Shown: positions 27,041-41,600 of the stretch, one piece after another
Position numbering within the stretch: the stretch's first letter is position 1
How the letters are laid out: each line of letters opens with the position of its first letter
NCBI GenBank assembly: GCA_050084985.1
Contig: JBITNC010000001.1
Location: 53,940,001 to 54,004,000 of the forward strand
DNA length: 64,000 nt
Source: Nageia nagi
Taxonomy: Eukaryota; Plantae; Pinophyta
Direction of reading: 5' to 3'
Made by a program: the position numbers and the translations under genes
The notes under the pieces: generated by a model
What the model saw: the letters and a program-made list of their open reading frames with translations, nothing else
Database searches by the model: none
Told to the model about the DNA's origin: nothing

Positions 27041-29099
27041 TTTTCAACGTGCTTAACTAAGCTAAAATTGTAGAGCTTAGTAATATGATATAATTATTAA
27101 TGAAGTAACCCATAAGGGGGAGAGTTATTAACTTCATAAAAAATCATATTTTAAAATCCAAGAACTTCTTTGTCAAGGAGAAATTTTTTGGATATGAATT
27201 TGCAGTTATTATCCATCAAAATAAAACTTTGTTGATATTTTCACCTAAACCCTAGTTTCTTGGATTCGTGAAGTTGTCATCAAGAAGGATTTAAGTATGA
27301 ATTCTTCACATGATTAATTCATCCTTAGGAGGGTTTTTGTATTTTTTATCATATTGGATTATGTATACATTTGTTATACATTGATCATACAATATATGAC
27401 TATAAGTATTGGCTTGGCATCCTTATGATGACTTATAGTGCACCACTTTATACCATATTTAATTTTGTATTAGAAAATTTATAATGTTATACCATATTTG
27501 TATCCATGTTGATGTATTTATTCTTGAAATATTGGGTCTTGAGGTTAAAAATACAAAGATCTCAAAATCAATTTTTGTAGTCATAGATTAGATTGAAAAA
27601 TATGACTTTCAGACAATCCTTGTTGGAAAGATATCAACAATAAGTACCTTATGCTTTACTCAATATTAAGGCTTGGATGTTGAATCCTACAACCTAAAGG
27701 ATTAAAATATTGAGAAAATTACCTCATATTTACAATTAGTTAAAGAAATCCTTCTATAGCCTTAAGAAAACTCCCAAGAGTTTAGTTTGATAAAATCTCA
27801 AGGTATTTTTTATATAATCAAGTACTTTTAAAAGTTAAGATCTATATATAATTAGCTCTTGAGAAACTTACATCTTAAGGAAGATAAGTAAGCAATTTAT
27901 TTTAAGCTATGAGAGCCATTAAGCCCTTTTTTATATGGGCCTTTCCTTTTTAATGCCCTGAGTGAAGTATCTTTTATCTTCACTTTCATTGATGATATTA
28001 GTAGGATGAGTTTTTGCCTATCCACTTAAGAAAAAATATGATTGATTGAAGAAATAAAACTTTATGATGCTAAGGAGGAAAATATATCAATAATTTATTT
28101 TACATGAGGGAATTTGAATTTTAAAACTTTTGGATATGAATTTATTCTAAAAGAGAAAGTAGTTACATAATAGAGTGAATCATTATAATACATGACATTG
28201 AATATTATAGGCTCTATTCTTCTCCTTGATAATCAATATTTGTATTTTAAGAGAAATGAATATTGCTGAACTTTTAAAAGAAAATGGGATCATACTTCAT
28301 GAGGAGTTTAACAAGAATATTCATAAAAACTAAGTGTTGGACCAAACCACTAATAAGTCACCTAAAGAGAAAAATTCTTCATCTCAAAGGATGACTAGAA
28401 GTATGGCTTTAAATATGTCTCTCCTTGCCAAAATTAAAGGTCATGATGAACATGTAATGAACCTTCAAATTTTAAGAAATATTCTCTTCATTCTTGTTGG
28501 ATGTAAGCTATAATTTAATGCTCTATTGAAAAATAGAACTTAGGACTTAGTCCCATATCCAATTAAGAGGAATATAACTGGAAACAAATAGGTTTACAAG
28601 ATTAAGTATAAATAGGTTTACAAGATTAAGTATAACTCAAATGGTGAAGTTAAGAAATATAATGCAAGGTTGATGGCTAATAAATTTACTCAAAAGTATG
28701 AATTTCATTATAAGGAAATATTTAATCAACTTACAAGATGTCTACAATTATACTAATACTTGAACTTTCAACAACCCAAGGTTGGAAGATACTCAAATTT
28801 AATGTGAAAAGTATCTTTGGTGACTAATATGACTTGGTATTAACCTTACTTTATGTGGATGACCTTTTTGATAATATAGTAAAACTCAAGATAAAATAAG
28901 AGATTATACATACCTTGGTATGAAAGGATTGTACCTACCTTATTTAGTCTCAAATAAATGCCACATTATTTACTTCCATGTTGATGGAAGAATAACCATG
29001 TTTATGTATGGATGCCACATTGTTTACTTCCATGTTTATGGATAAATTATAGATTTTTTACTTCAATTTTCATTGTAACAGTATCCATGTATAGATATA

Positions 29100-29352
29100 A
29101 TTTGCTACTTATGGCTATACTTCTTGAATAGTGGTATGGTCAAGTGAGCATTTGATACTTGTGTTTATTCTTCTTGACTAGTTGTATGGTCAAGTGAGCA
29201 TTTGATGCTTGTGGCTATGCATCTTGATTAGTAGTATGGTCAAGATGGCATTTATTCTTATGGTTATGCATCTTTACTAGTGGTATAGTTAAGTTTGTAT
29301 TTGAAGCTAGTAGCTATGTATCTTAACTTTTGGCATGGTCAAGTTGGTATTT
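29100..29352. repeat. Tandem array of 50-bp units with internal hairpin, 5 copies
   Basis: caag core at 29141, 29191, 29241, 29290 and 29340; each unit contains atcttgac...gtcaag(a/t)t. Confidence 0.85.
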
Positions 29353-31530
29353 TGTGTTTTTTTCTTTAGCTAGGATATAGTATTATTGAAGGAGACCTTA
29401 AACCTCCAAATCAAGATGTTTGTAAATAGATAAGAACTTATGTCAAACTTAACTTGTGGAATAATAAAGTTATCATTTGATGGTTTATGGATTGGTTAAG
29501 ATAATATGAATTCTTGGCATATAAAGTAACTAATGGAAAAATTAATCACTTTCCTTCTTTCATTTATGAAGTATGATTTTGTTTATGAAGTTGCCCTCAA
29601 GGGGGAGACTTATTATGATATGATGTGAAATTCATAGTGAAATCATATATGATATCAAATTACATAAAAAAAGAATGAAAAAATTATTATAAATAGATCA
29701 TAACATAAAGTAGGAAATCATAATATCTCTTAGGATGGTAAAGTTTTCCTTTTAAAGGGGGAGTGAAGTATGAATTATTATCATGAATAATTCACCCCTA
29801 GAAGGATTTTTTTTATAGTGTTTATCTTTGGACTTGTGCACTTTTGAGCATATGATGAAATTTGTGTGGACTATTTACTTATCCATGTTTATGCATTACT
29901 TATATCACCATCTTCATGAATGTACATTTGTGCACTTTTATACTTAGTTATCTATGTGTGATGAATTTGTTTATGCATTAATTTATGTTATCACTTATGA
30001 ACATTTATATATGTATATTTACTTAGTTAAACACATATGAGTAACTAGTATGTGCACTTTAGACATAAATTATCATATGATATTTTATGATCAAAACATA
30101 TTTTGTTTATACAACAGGTGACCATAGGATTTCTTGGCATCTTTATGAGGACTTATAGTGCACCATTTGATCAATTTATGGATGGTGTTTTTTATTTTTT
30201 ATATTATGTTGAAATGAATTTAATATATATATGATTCATCTAACTGATCTTATTTATGACCTACTTGTAGCTTGCAGGTTTATTCTTGAGATTTCAAATT
30301 ACTTTTAGTATGTAGGTTCCTAGAGGCTCATCATGTTAACATGTTGGAATACTAGTACTTGTACATTTAAACCATTTATATTTCATGAATATTGTATTGT
30401 AAACCATTAATTAAAATGTTTAAGTAGTTTATCCTTGTTGAGGTTGTACAACCATTTAAATTCTATTACTTCTCAAAGTTCTCAAGTTCTCATTTCTAAT
30501 TGTATTTTTTATGAAGGATAACTTTATTATAGTCTTACATTCTTTTCTTCTTTATTTCTCAATATTACATTAAGGGGGAGTGTTAGAAGAAAAAATGTAT
30601 TATTGTATAAATTATTTTTTATATTATATCTAAAGAATAATATCTCCTCTATTTATGTAACCCATTATTTAATCCACTTAATACTTAAAAGTATTCCTAA
30701 ATATTTGTTAAGTATTTAGTGAATTAAATATGAAGACTTATCCTACACTCATCCCACTTGAGGATATTTTTATCCTTTAGTATATTTTATTCCCCTTGGG
30801 TAAAAGTTTCTCCAATAAATAGAGAGCTTCCCTTAAGCATTAGACACATTTGTAGAAAGCATTATTATTCTAGCAGTTTTTAGAGAGTTTGTAGGAGAGT
30901 TCTTGATAAGAGTTTAAATAGAGTTTTTGTTCTTGAGAAGTAATAAATTTAATTGTAGAATATGTTTCTATGGGAAAATTCCTCCCATAATTTTACCAAT
31001 AAAATATTGTCTCTACTTTGTGTGATTTATCTTGAAGTAGTTTAGAAGAAGATTGTTTCAAGAATATCTTAGGTTAAGAGGATTTTGGTTTCTTTCAATG
31101 ATCACATCGAGAAGCAATGCTTCAAGAAAAGAAACTAGAAAAAAGCTAACTATAATGAGAAACAAAGTAATACCAATCTCTTTCTCACTCACAATAACTT
31201 TGAAGTTATTAATGTTCAGATTGGGTACCTTGATAGTGGTTTTTCAAATCATATATCTAGGCATAGAAATTTATTTGAAAATATGTGAAGAGAATGTTAG
31301 TAGACAAGTCAAGTTTAACGACAATAACTAGGTGAGCATTGTTGGTAAAGGAATAATTACATTCAAAGTAAATACTAGTAATATTATACATATGCATGAT
31401 ACATTATATGTTCCAAGGTTGAAACATAATCTCTTGAGAATTAATCAATTATGTATAATCAAATACAAATTAGTTTTTATGAAGAAGAACTACAAAATCA
31501 TAAATTAAACCAATCAAGTAGTTTCTATAT

Positions 31531-33435
31531 TGAACCATAAACCCTACTATAGGATTTAATTTGAATCTTCATACTTTATTTCTTTTAGTGCTTGTAGAAA
31601 TAAAAATTAATCACACAAAAAGATTGACACAATTTTACCCTGGTTCAATTGATGTGGTCTACATCTAGCAAAAGTCGATCCATTATTGTAGAGTCCATTT
31701 TACAATGTCATTTTTCATGGTCCATATTGCTCAATTCTTTTGTATCCAAAACATGCAATCACTATAGGATATCCATTAAAATAATTTGTTGAAGATGACT
31801 CTCTTTTCAACAAAAGTCCTCAAGCATGATTCCATGTCTCTTGTCTCGAGTTGACATCTTTGGAATCATTATTTTTCCCTTGTTGTATTTGCACCATGGT
31901 GATTATTTCTTCCACTTCTTTTCTTCTTTTTCCATGAAAATAATTTCATTATTGGATTTGTACAATATGTGCAAGTTCTAAATGTAACTCCAAAATTACT
32001 CTCATGGCTATAATATTATCCATTGAGTTTAACAACAAATGGAATTTTGGTACATTTCTAAAACCTACACACTCTCCACTTGGGAGGATTTTCCCACTAA
32101 GGGATCACCACTTTTTTCCTTCAAGTACCCCTTTTATAACTTCTAAGGGTTTAAAATTTGGAGTTTACAGTTTTAAATAAACAAATATTCTAAACTTACA
32201 ATATTTACCTAACCTCTCAATAATATTCTTCTTATTTTTATTCCTGTAGCCTTTTCTCCTTGGTTTTAGGATCTCTTTTTGATTTGGTTTAAAGTTTATT
32301 TTCCTCCATTTTTTTTATTTTGGCATCTAGTTGATTTTAAGCCTTTGAAATAGTAAATTTCATTTACTATTTCAAATACTAACAACTTTGTTAAAAATAC
32401 ATCAAACCAACAAACTATTTATCTCCCTTTTGACTAGCATCTAATGATTTTGGTGGTTCCAACAAAACTCATTAAAATTCCTTTCTCCACACCATGTCTG
32501 ATGACATATCAACTAAATAGATCTATGCATGAGCATTTGGCATATGCTAACTATAACTACGACCTCCTTCATTACGTAGAGTACACATTTTAGTCTCCCT
32601 TATCTTTATGCATGCATAGATTGAAGATATGAAAAATTGAGTCATTTTTTCACATAGTTAGCCTTGTTGTCATGTTCCATCATCCACCTCTCCTTGTACA
32701 TAATCAAGTTACATTGGCTCTAATAGGAATGATCAGTGTTTCCTCATGTCAATGATGAAGTGATGATGTGGTGTTTAGTGGTTGGTTGGTTTTTGGGTCT
32801 CGTGCAAATGTTGTATGATTGACTGATGGCTAGTGGATGACTTGGATGGATGCAATGCATTGTATTCTTTTCTTAATGGTGTTTTAAGTTGATATTATCA
32901 ACCTCCACATGGTTCTGATAGGTAGTGAGTTGGAGATCGATAGATATCAAATAATGGTCAGTTGGTTAGAAATATCCCCTTTGAACAATAGTCTAGATTC
33001 TTCTTGCATTATCAAAGTTTATCCAAGTTCATTGGTGACTTAGCAATCCTCATGAATGTTAGATCTAACATCTAGTGGCAATGTGTGGGTCATCTTTGAG
33101 TCTAATGAGCATCATTTTCCCAAATATAGGCTTCAACCAAACTCCAATGCACAATATTCATTACAATGTTGATTAATTTTATACTATCATTTAAATTTAA
33201 ATGATATTGTAACAATATTAAATCCTTTGGCATTTAAAATATTTGCACATAATAAATAATAATATTTAATTATTATTTATTAAAATTTTGAATCTTAATA
33301 TCTCATCCATATGACTTTAGATTTTATTTCCATTGAAGACATCGAAGAGTTGGCAAAGAACACTTTGTCTTGAAGAGAACAACTACACATTTTGAGACTT
33401 TTATTTTTTTCACTTTCAAAATCCATTTTGGATCA
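31531..33435 (-). mobile_element. Solo LTR (about 1.9 kb)
   Basis: Termini tgaacca...tggatca; imperfect TSD (tatat / actat). Host Copia sequence is contiguous across it compared with 14795-14830. Conserved plant U5-like motif gatgtagacc...gaaccagggtaaa on the minus strand at about 31635-31665. Confidence 0.75.
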
Positions 33436-34454
33436 ACTATTCTCATTTGTAAGAATAGAATGTATATGTTAAAAATACAACCAACTATAAATTATTTAAA
33501 TATCATAGTTTATATTACATGCTTGTGGCATGAAAGCTTTAAATACCTCAATTTCAACTTATTGAGTGGGATGAAAAAGCTCATGAAAGGTATATCCACA
33601 ATTTCACATCCTTTAGATACTTTGTGTGAAAGTTATATCTTTGGAAAATAACACTAGGATAAGTTTTCCCATCACCAACATAGGGATAAGAAGCCTTTGG
33701 AATTGATGCATGCTAACATTTGTGTACCTATGCAAACTCCAAGCTTCAATAAATGTAGGTATAGATTGATTTTTACTAATAATCACTCTAGAATGAGTTG
33801 GTTGTATTTGTTGAAGGCTAAATCATATATATTTGATTGCTTTTTCAAGTTCAAGGCACTACTAAAGAATCAATCTAGTTACCCTATTAAGAAATTTTGG
33901 ACTAATAATAGTGGTGAATTCATTTCAAATAAGTTCAAAGAATCATGCAACAAACATGGAATCAAGTGAAAATATACAACAACCACTAGACCAAAAAGGG
34001 CTATTCGGGGCAATTTGAAATTGTCACCTAATATATTTTTTGATGGTTATTCACCTAAAACCTATGAGTTCACCATTAAAAGTCCCCTCTCTATGGAAGC
34101 AGCTAACAACCATCAATATATATACCTAAAATTGTTATTTAATGTAAAAAAGAGGCATTTATAAATCACCTCTTTATTGACTAATGAGGGTGGCTTAAAC
34201 TATCACTCAACCCATCTTGTTATTCTTTTACATGGTGGTTTTAATTATCCCTTTATGATTTTATATGATGGTTTAAAACCATCATATAGTATTTTTTAAT
34301 GGCATAGTATGGAAGCATTATTCCAAATGGAAGAATGCTTCCAAGCTAGTCCATCCTTAGTTGGCTAAGGCATCCAATCCCAATCATAGTAAGCCCAATT
34401 ATGATGTTGGCCATGGGCTCTCAAATAATGGACAAATGGAGTTAGCCACTCATC

Positions 34455-34457
<3 letters not shown>

Positions 34458-34494
<37 letters not shown>
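34458..34494. repeat. (TA)n microsatellite
   Basis: About 18 TA units. Confidence 0.95.
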
Positions 34495-34497
<3 letters not shown>

Positions 34498-34529
34498 AAT
34501 AATGAAAGATAAAGGCATGTTCATGATAA

Positions 34530-34815
34530 GTGCACCATATGATATAAAATGATCCAAATGCAGCAACATATGATATAAAGCTATCAAAATGCACCATCAT
34601 ATGATATGAAATGATCCAAGTGCATGATATGATATATGAAATGATCCAAGTACACCATATTTGTTTAAAATAATGCAATTGCACCATATGCTATGAAATC
34701 AACATATAATATGAAATTCATCTAAATACACCATAGTGTCTAAAATTATGCAACTATGCCATATGATATGAAATGATCTAAGTACATCATATGATATGAA
34801 ATTATTCAAATATGC
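34530..34815. repeat. Degenerate tandem repeat, unit about 28-35 bp (atatgatatgaaatgatccaagtgcacc), in the CACTA left arm
   Basis: About eight diverged copies; a related copy at about 44503. Confidence 0.75.
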
Positions 34816-35601
34816 TTTACAATTCTAATTATTTCTCAAATGATTCAAATATGCTCTACAATACTACTACCACAACATTCAATTTATAAGAACCAAGTAG
34901 ACACATCCATATTCAAATATGTTCTATAGTTTCAATTATTTCTCAAATGATTCAAATATGATCTATACTACTACTACTACAACATTCAATTTACAAGAAC
35001 CAAGTAGACACACACACCCAAGAAGAATTTTTTGAAAATTTGAAATGGAACATAAAATCTTATAGACATGTATGCAAAATGTGGAAGATACATGATGCAA
35101 ACATAGTTTCATGAGTACAACAAGGATGCCAACTTAGCACTTTGTATTGGTTTTTGACACTTAGAAATTTTTTGGGTTAAATAGTTGTTTTCCTTCTTCA
35201 AGAGAATTTATGGATTGAACAGTTGATTTCCTTCTCCAAGCTAGTTTTTGGATCATATGGTATATTTAAATCATTTAATATCATATCATAATTTATTTTA
35301 TAAAACTTTTCTCATACAATCTAGGCAATGAAAAAGCCCACAAGTGATAAGTGATACAAGCAAAGGTATTAGGTAGAAGAGAGGAGAGGTGATATGAGGC
35401 AATTACAATTATACTATATGACTTAAAATGATTTTCCCTATATACATATGCATAGATGAAGAAAAATATTTTATACCATGTCTAGTAGGTGATTCTCAAG
35501 ATAGCTAGCATGAGCCACAACATTTGATTTACAAGCACCAAGTACATACATGTATACACCCAATCTAATATTTATAGGTATTTTGGTAGTGAAGTTCAAA
35601 G

Positions 35602-38600
35602 TTAAGGAACAAGCTTATAAGACTAAATTCCTAATAACCAAGATCACATGAAAGCTCTCTAAAACGTCACTACATTTTCATGAAAACAAAGTTAATCTTA
35701 TAAAGTTGATACCAATATAAAGTGGTTCCTACAACCATGGGAGTATATAAAATATTATAAGATATCATTATCAAAGAGCACCCTCTTACAATTCATTTTC
35801 TTATTTCTCCTACAACCTAAACAAGAGCATAAAATTTCTACAAACTTAAGTAACTAATCTCAAGTAGAGGGCCTTCTATTTATAGGAAAAACTCCTCCCT
35901 TGAATCACCCTATTAACCAATGTACAATATCATGACATGCATCACCTTTTTACCCAAGGGGCATGCTCTTGAGATGGAGTGTAGGAAAATTTACATTATC
36001 ATATTCATAAATACTTAGAAGGTATCTATGGATACTTTTAAGTATTAATGAATTTACATTATCATATTCACTAAATACTTCAAGTATTTAGGGATAGCCT
36101 TAAGTATTAAGTGAATTTACATTAAGATAACTAACAATAATGCATTATGCATTCCAACACTTCCCTTTAATAAAATATTAAGGTAAAGCAAAGAAGAAGG
36201 GAAGAAAGAGAAAGTAAGAAAGATTTCTCCTCCATAGAGATACAATCATAGATGAGGACATTTACATCTTTGAGAAATAAGTAAGATTTTAAATTGAGAC
36301 TCACTATTTTACCATTTGAAAAACTAATTTATAATACAATTATTAATTGTAACTAATTTCACTATACAAAGTAGTCATTCAACAATAAGTTGACGTGATG
36401 AGCCTCCATAAATCTACCCAAGTTCAAAGTAGATGACTTGCACTCTTAAGAAGAAACTTGCAAGCTACAAGTAGCTTATTAACAAGATTAGTTAGATGCA
36501 TCATATAAAAATTCATATCAATATAAGATAAATCAATCAATTAATGCTATCCTTAAACTGATAAATGGTGCACTATAAGTCATCATGAAGATGTCAAATT
36601 GATATTCATAGTCACCTATTGTATAGAAAATATGTGTTGATCAACATAAAAATAAATCATAAGAACATATGAGTTCCTCGCATATGGATAACTTAATAGT
36701 GCTAAAAAGCACATATTGGTTCTTCACATATGGATAACTGAAATAGTGCTAGCAAAAGCTATTATATACTCAAACCATATACAACTAGTTCCTTATATAG
36801 AGTGAACTAACCATGAAGATGTACATAAGGATACCATCTAAGATTCCCTAAGATTACTGAACTAAGCTCTAGGAAGAAGTTTGGTGAACAAATTAACAAA
36901 GTTTAGAATTGATGGACAATATTGCAATTGTAGGATACCATCTAGAACCTTCTTCTTGATAAAATATGCTTGTATTTCAACATATTTTATTCTCTAATGG
37001 AACATAGGATTCTTTGCCAAAATAATATCTAACTAATTATCTAAAGAAATTTGAGATAGGTGAGCTTGCTCATACCTAATTTCTTTCAAAATATGCCTCA
37101 ACCAAATGGCTTCTTGGTTTGCAACTGACATTGCTTGATATTCTTCCTCGATGGTGGAAAAAGTAGTGGTAGGATACTTCTTGTAAGCCTAAGAGATAGC
37201 ACCTAAACTAATTTTAAACATATAAGAAGAAAGATCATTCCTATAACATACATATAAGAAGAAAGATCATATCTATCTCCTCTATAGTCAATTTGAGTAC
37301 CTTGAGAGAACAAATGAGGGCAACTTAGAATACTAGAGAGAAAGATCATTCCTATAACATACCTCAAGATTTGCTTAATAGTATCAAGGTTCTTATAATA
37401 TGGTTTCTACATAAAGTATGCTATAATATTTACTACAAAGGTAATATATGGCCTATAAATATTTAAATAAAGAAGACTACCAATTAATTGTAGTAAGCAA
37501 TGGTATCTACCAACTGAGAGTTGGATCTAAGATAATGAGAGATTCCAAGAGAGACAAGGATTGTAGTAAATTTGCACACCTCTATTCTAAACTTTTGCAA
37601 TATATATGAGATATACTTGGATTGACTAAGGTAAATACAATCCTTGTATTGGTACACTTGCATACTAAGGTACTAGTGTAAGAGATTAAGATCAATTATT
37701 TCAAATATTACCTTCAATTTGGATATGCACTCTTCGATAATTTTATCATTATTTTCTATGATCATAATATCAACCACATAGAGAAGAATCAAGACCAGGT
37801 CTTATCCTTGATCAAGGACCTATAGATCTAAATTGAAAAAATAATTAAAAAACCTAATTTTTGCAAAATATCCTAAGATCTTTTTGTACTAAGCTCTAAG
37901 TGCTTGCTTAAGTCCATACAAAGACTTATTTAGTTTGCAAATAAGAGACTCTTTTCCTTTAATAACCAACCCTTATGGTTGATACATGTACATATCCACA
38001 TCTAAGTCACCATTGAGAAAATCACTTTTAACATCAAGTTTAAAAACTTTCTATCCTTAAGCTACTGAAGGAGCAATGATTTACCTAATGATGGAAATCT
38101 TTACCATTGGATAAAAATCAACTTTGTATTTCTAAGCAAAACCCTTAACTACTAACCTTGCCTTATATTTCTTAATTTTCCCAACTAAATTGTATTTGAC
38201 CTTGTAAATTCACTTATTGGTAATCATATTTCATTCATTGGGATATGTAACCAAATCCCAAGTTTGATTTTTTATTAGAGCCTCATACTCCACTTTAATA
38301 GCTTCCATCTAGCATTCATGCTTCAAAGCTTATTTGAATGATGAGGGATCATTCTTTCTATCAATTTTAGAAAATAAGGATTTGTTTAAGGTCATACTTC
38401 TCATTATCATTTGTGTTGGAGAGTTTTTCTCCTAAGGTGACTTATCTACACTAACATACAACTAGTTAGGTGTAATAGAAGAGTCATAAATATCATCTAA
38501 GTCCTCATAAGAAGCATATTCCTCAGGAAGTTCATTTAATTTTACATCCCTTGAGATAAACATTGGTCTAGAGGAAGGAGATTAGAGCATGTAGCCTTTA

Positions 38601-41600
38601 TGCTAACTACCATAGTCCATAAAGATGCACTTTTTAGATCTCTTTTCTAGCTTCTTTCTTTTATCAAAAATAATGAAGGCATAAGCATCACAACCAAAGA
38701 CCCTAAGGTGAGATATGTTAGGTCTCTTTCTTTTCCATGCCTCATATGGGGTTTTACCTTAAACTAGTTTCATAAGAAACCTATTCAAGATGTATATCAC
38801 ATTGTTTATAGTTTCACCTTATAAGAAACTAAGGAGATTTACCAACATGTAGCTAACCATTTCTTGAATGGTCCTATTATTCCTTATATCAACACCATTT
38901 TACTAAAGGGTGTAAGGGATCATGAACTACCTCTTGATCTTGTATTTGGAATAAAAATTATTAAATTCATTGCTATTATATTCACCCCCATTATCAGATC
39001 TTAACATCTTTATTTTGAAGTCAGTTTGGTTTTCAACTAAGGCTTCAAAATATTTGAAGTTGTCAAAGGTTTGATCCTTGTGCTTGAGAAGATAATGAAA
39101 TGTCATCCTACTAAAATCATCGATGAAGGTTAATATATAAGAAGCTTCCCTAAGATACTTAGTCTAAAATAGACCCATCAAATCCAAATGCATAAGTTAA
39201 AGAGGTGGTGTTGCCCTATCTTTCTCAACTTTTTTCCTATTCATCTTACCTAAGATGCACTTCTCATAAATATTAATAGTGGGTGATATTTATAGAAAAT
39301 CTTCCACAAGTTCTTGATTTTTCATAACTTGAATACTCTTGTGGTTAAGATATCATAATTTATGATGCCAAAGATTCTCCCTATAGAAAACATTTGTAGC
39401 AAGGTACATCTTTTTTGGCACTTAATCTATAATGCAGGGATCATCTTTCATTAATCCTTTCACTAAAGTGGTAAGTCTCTTCTTAATGCACCAAAAGTGT
39501 GAGTTGAACTCGAAAGAGAACCCTTTCTTTGCAACTTGAATTATGAAAAGAAGGTTCATACTAAGTTTAAGCACATATAACATATTTTTTAAGAACTTTT
39601 TCATGTATTAATACACTCCCAATCCTTTGAACTTCAAGGATTGAATTATCACGTATCATAACTACATCTTTTCTATACTTATGAAAAATTTCAAACTTGA
39701 CCTTTTCAAAACACATGTGATTAGTGCAACTAGAGTCAATAATCCAATCATTCAAAAAAGTATGAGACTTGGAGTAAAAACCATAAATAAAAGTAGATTT
39801 ATTATTCTTTTTCTTACCTTTGAATTTGTTTGGTTTTTCATATCCTTTGCCACCTTGTTCTTTCTTTTTCATTTAGCAATTTGATTCCTTATGATCATAT
39901 ATGCCATAGAAATTACAATTTCCATTAAATATGGATTTGGATTTGGATTTATCAAACTTTTTGTGGCCATTGTAATTTTTGTTTCCACCTTTCTTGAAGT
40001 ACTTTTTTAGATTATGAGATTTCTATTGATTGTGGAACTTATTTTTGAAGTGAGTCTTTGTTGGTCCAAGTGCCATAATATGCTCCTTAGGAGTGGATAT
40101 AAATAAATGTTTTTGAGAGTTTCCTCATGTTTCAAAATAAATCATGAAATATTTTCCATAGAGTACACTTCTTCCTCATCATTGAGTCTTATCTCAATAA
40201 CTTTCATGAAGTGACTAAATCTAGAAGAGAGACTTTGAAGGATGATCAATACCATAAACTCATCTTTGATCAAATTATGACCACACTCAATAGGTTAGAT
40301 CCTAAGATCAACAATATTATTTAATTATATTGCAATGTTTTCATTTTTCTCTTAACATGATTGCAATAATTTTTGAAGAATGGATAACCTCCTTGAGAAT
40401 TTGGAGCTGAGGTAGATTTTCTTCAGCCTATCCCAAGCTTCTTTTGTAGAGTTTGAAGAAGAAATCATAAGAAAGACTTCATCTAAAACTATACAAAAGA
40501 TCATATAAATTTTCAACTTGTTCTTTGTGTTGTAAGCTTCAAGTGTCTTCTCATCTATTGAAACAACTTAATTTTCATTTACCTTCTTCCATAGTTTCTA
40601 TGCTTGGACCTCTGGTTTTATCCTAGGTTCTAAAATATTGTAGTTGGAACCATCTAGGATGTGCTTGGGTTTAAGGGAGTCTCCCATTTACTACACAAAA
40701 GGTGAAAGTGTTAACCAATGTAAGCATGTTAAATTTTAAACTAAATTAATCAACCATGTTGATTTTAACCATACATACATGTTGAGATTTGTTCAAATTA
40801 ATTAATCATTCATATTTAAATTAATCAATCATACATGTTAAATTTTGACCACGGGTAGTTAATAAGGTATGCTTAAATTATTTAACCAAGTTCACATAAG
40901 CAAAAGGTTACAATCAAATCAAATGATATATCCCATATTTATCATAACCAAGTTACATAGTTGTAAAGAGGGATAAAGTTGAGGCTTGTTTTCTTGTTTA
41001 AAATTAGGCCTTCACCTAGATGCCCGCATGGAGCCCAAGTCCTACATACAATTCTTAACTAGTTCCCCTTGGTTAGTAATATACTTTCACAAGGAGTACT
41101 AACTATTTTCCAAGGGTGTGATGTATATTGGATCGGCCAAATTATTATCTTAATTAGGTTTCAAATTTTCCTTCTATGTTATCAGGATAATCTTTGAATG
41201 GACATGCAGACATATGGTATCAATAAATATATTTTTCCACCTATATGGAGTTATGTCCATACCATCATAGGACTTAAGGGTAATTAATAAGTATGGAATG
41301 TATACCATTTGGATTTTTTATATTGAAGGCTCCAATCTACCTTGTCCTCTCCTTATGGCTCCCCAAATAGGTCTGTTACATAATAAATATTTGGATGTGT
41401 TCATTTTAAGAGGTGCACTTTTAATATTTACAATTTATTTGTAAAAATAAAAGCAAAGTTCTTAACACAAAGTAAAGTTATTAAAAATGATATATCATCT
41501 CAAAAAAGAAACCTAATAGTCCAATAGGTTTTGTTACCAACCCCAAGAGGACCTCTTTACAATGCACGAGTTCATTATTTTTAAAAATGGAGTCTCATCC

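Larger units (their letters stand above)
23769..31097 (+). mobile_element. Non-autonomous Copia-derived LTR element inserted in the gag Zn knuckle
   Basis: Perfect TSD ATGAT (23764-23768 / 31098-31102); LTRs 23769-24294 and 30581-31097; PBS-like tggtactgtagcca at 24297; PPT aagggggag 30572-30580. Only scraps of integrase (about 27950-28030) and RT (about 28440-28870) remain. Confidence 0.92.

Noticed and set aside
29100-29352. CRISPR-like look of palindromic repeats (also 49622-50015)
   Set aside because: Whole units repeat with no unique spacers, there are no cas genes, and the context is a plant retroelement.
34361-34687. ORFs containing YIYIYI
   Set aside because: Translation of a (TA)n microsatellite and adjacent tandem repeats.
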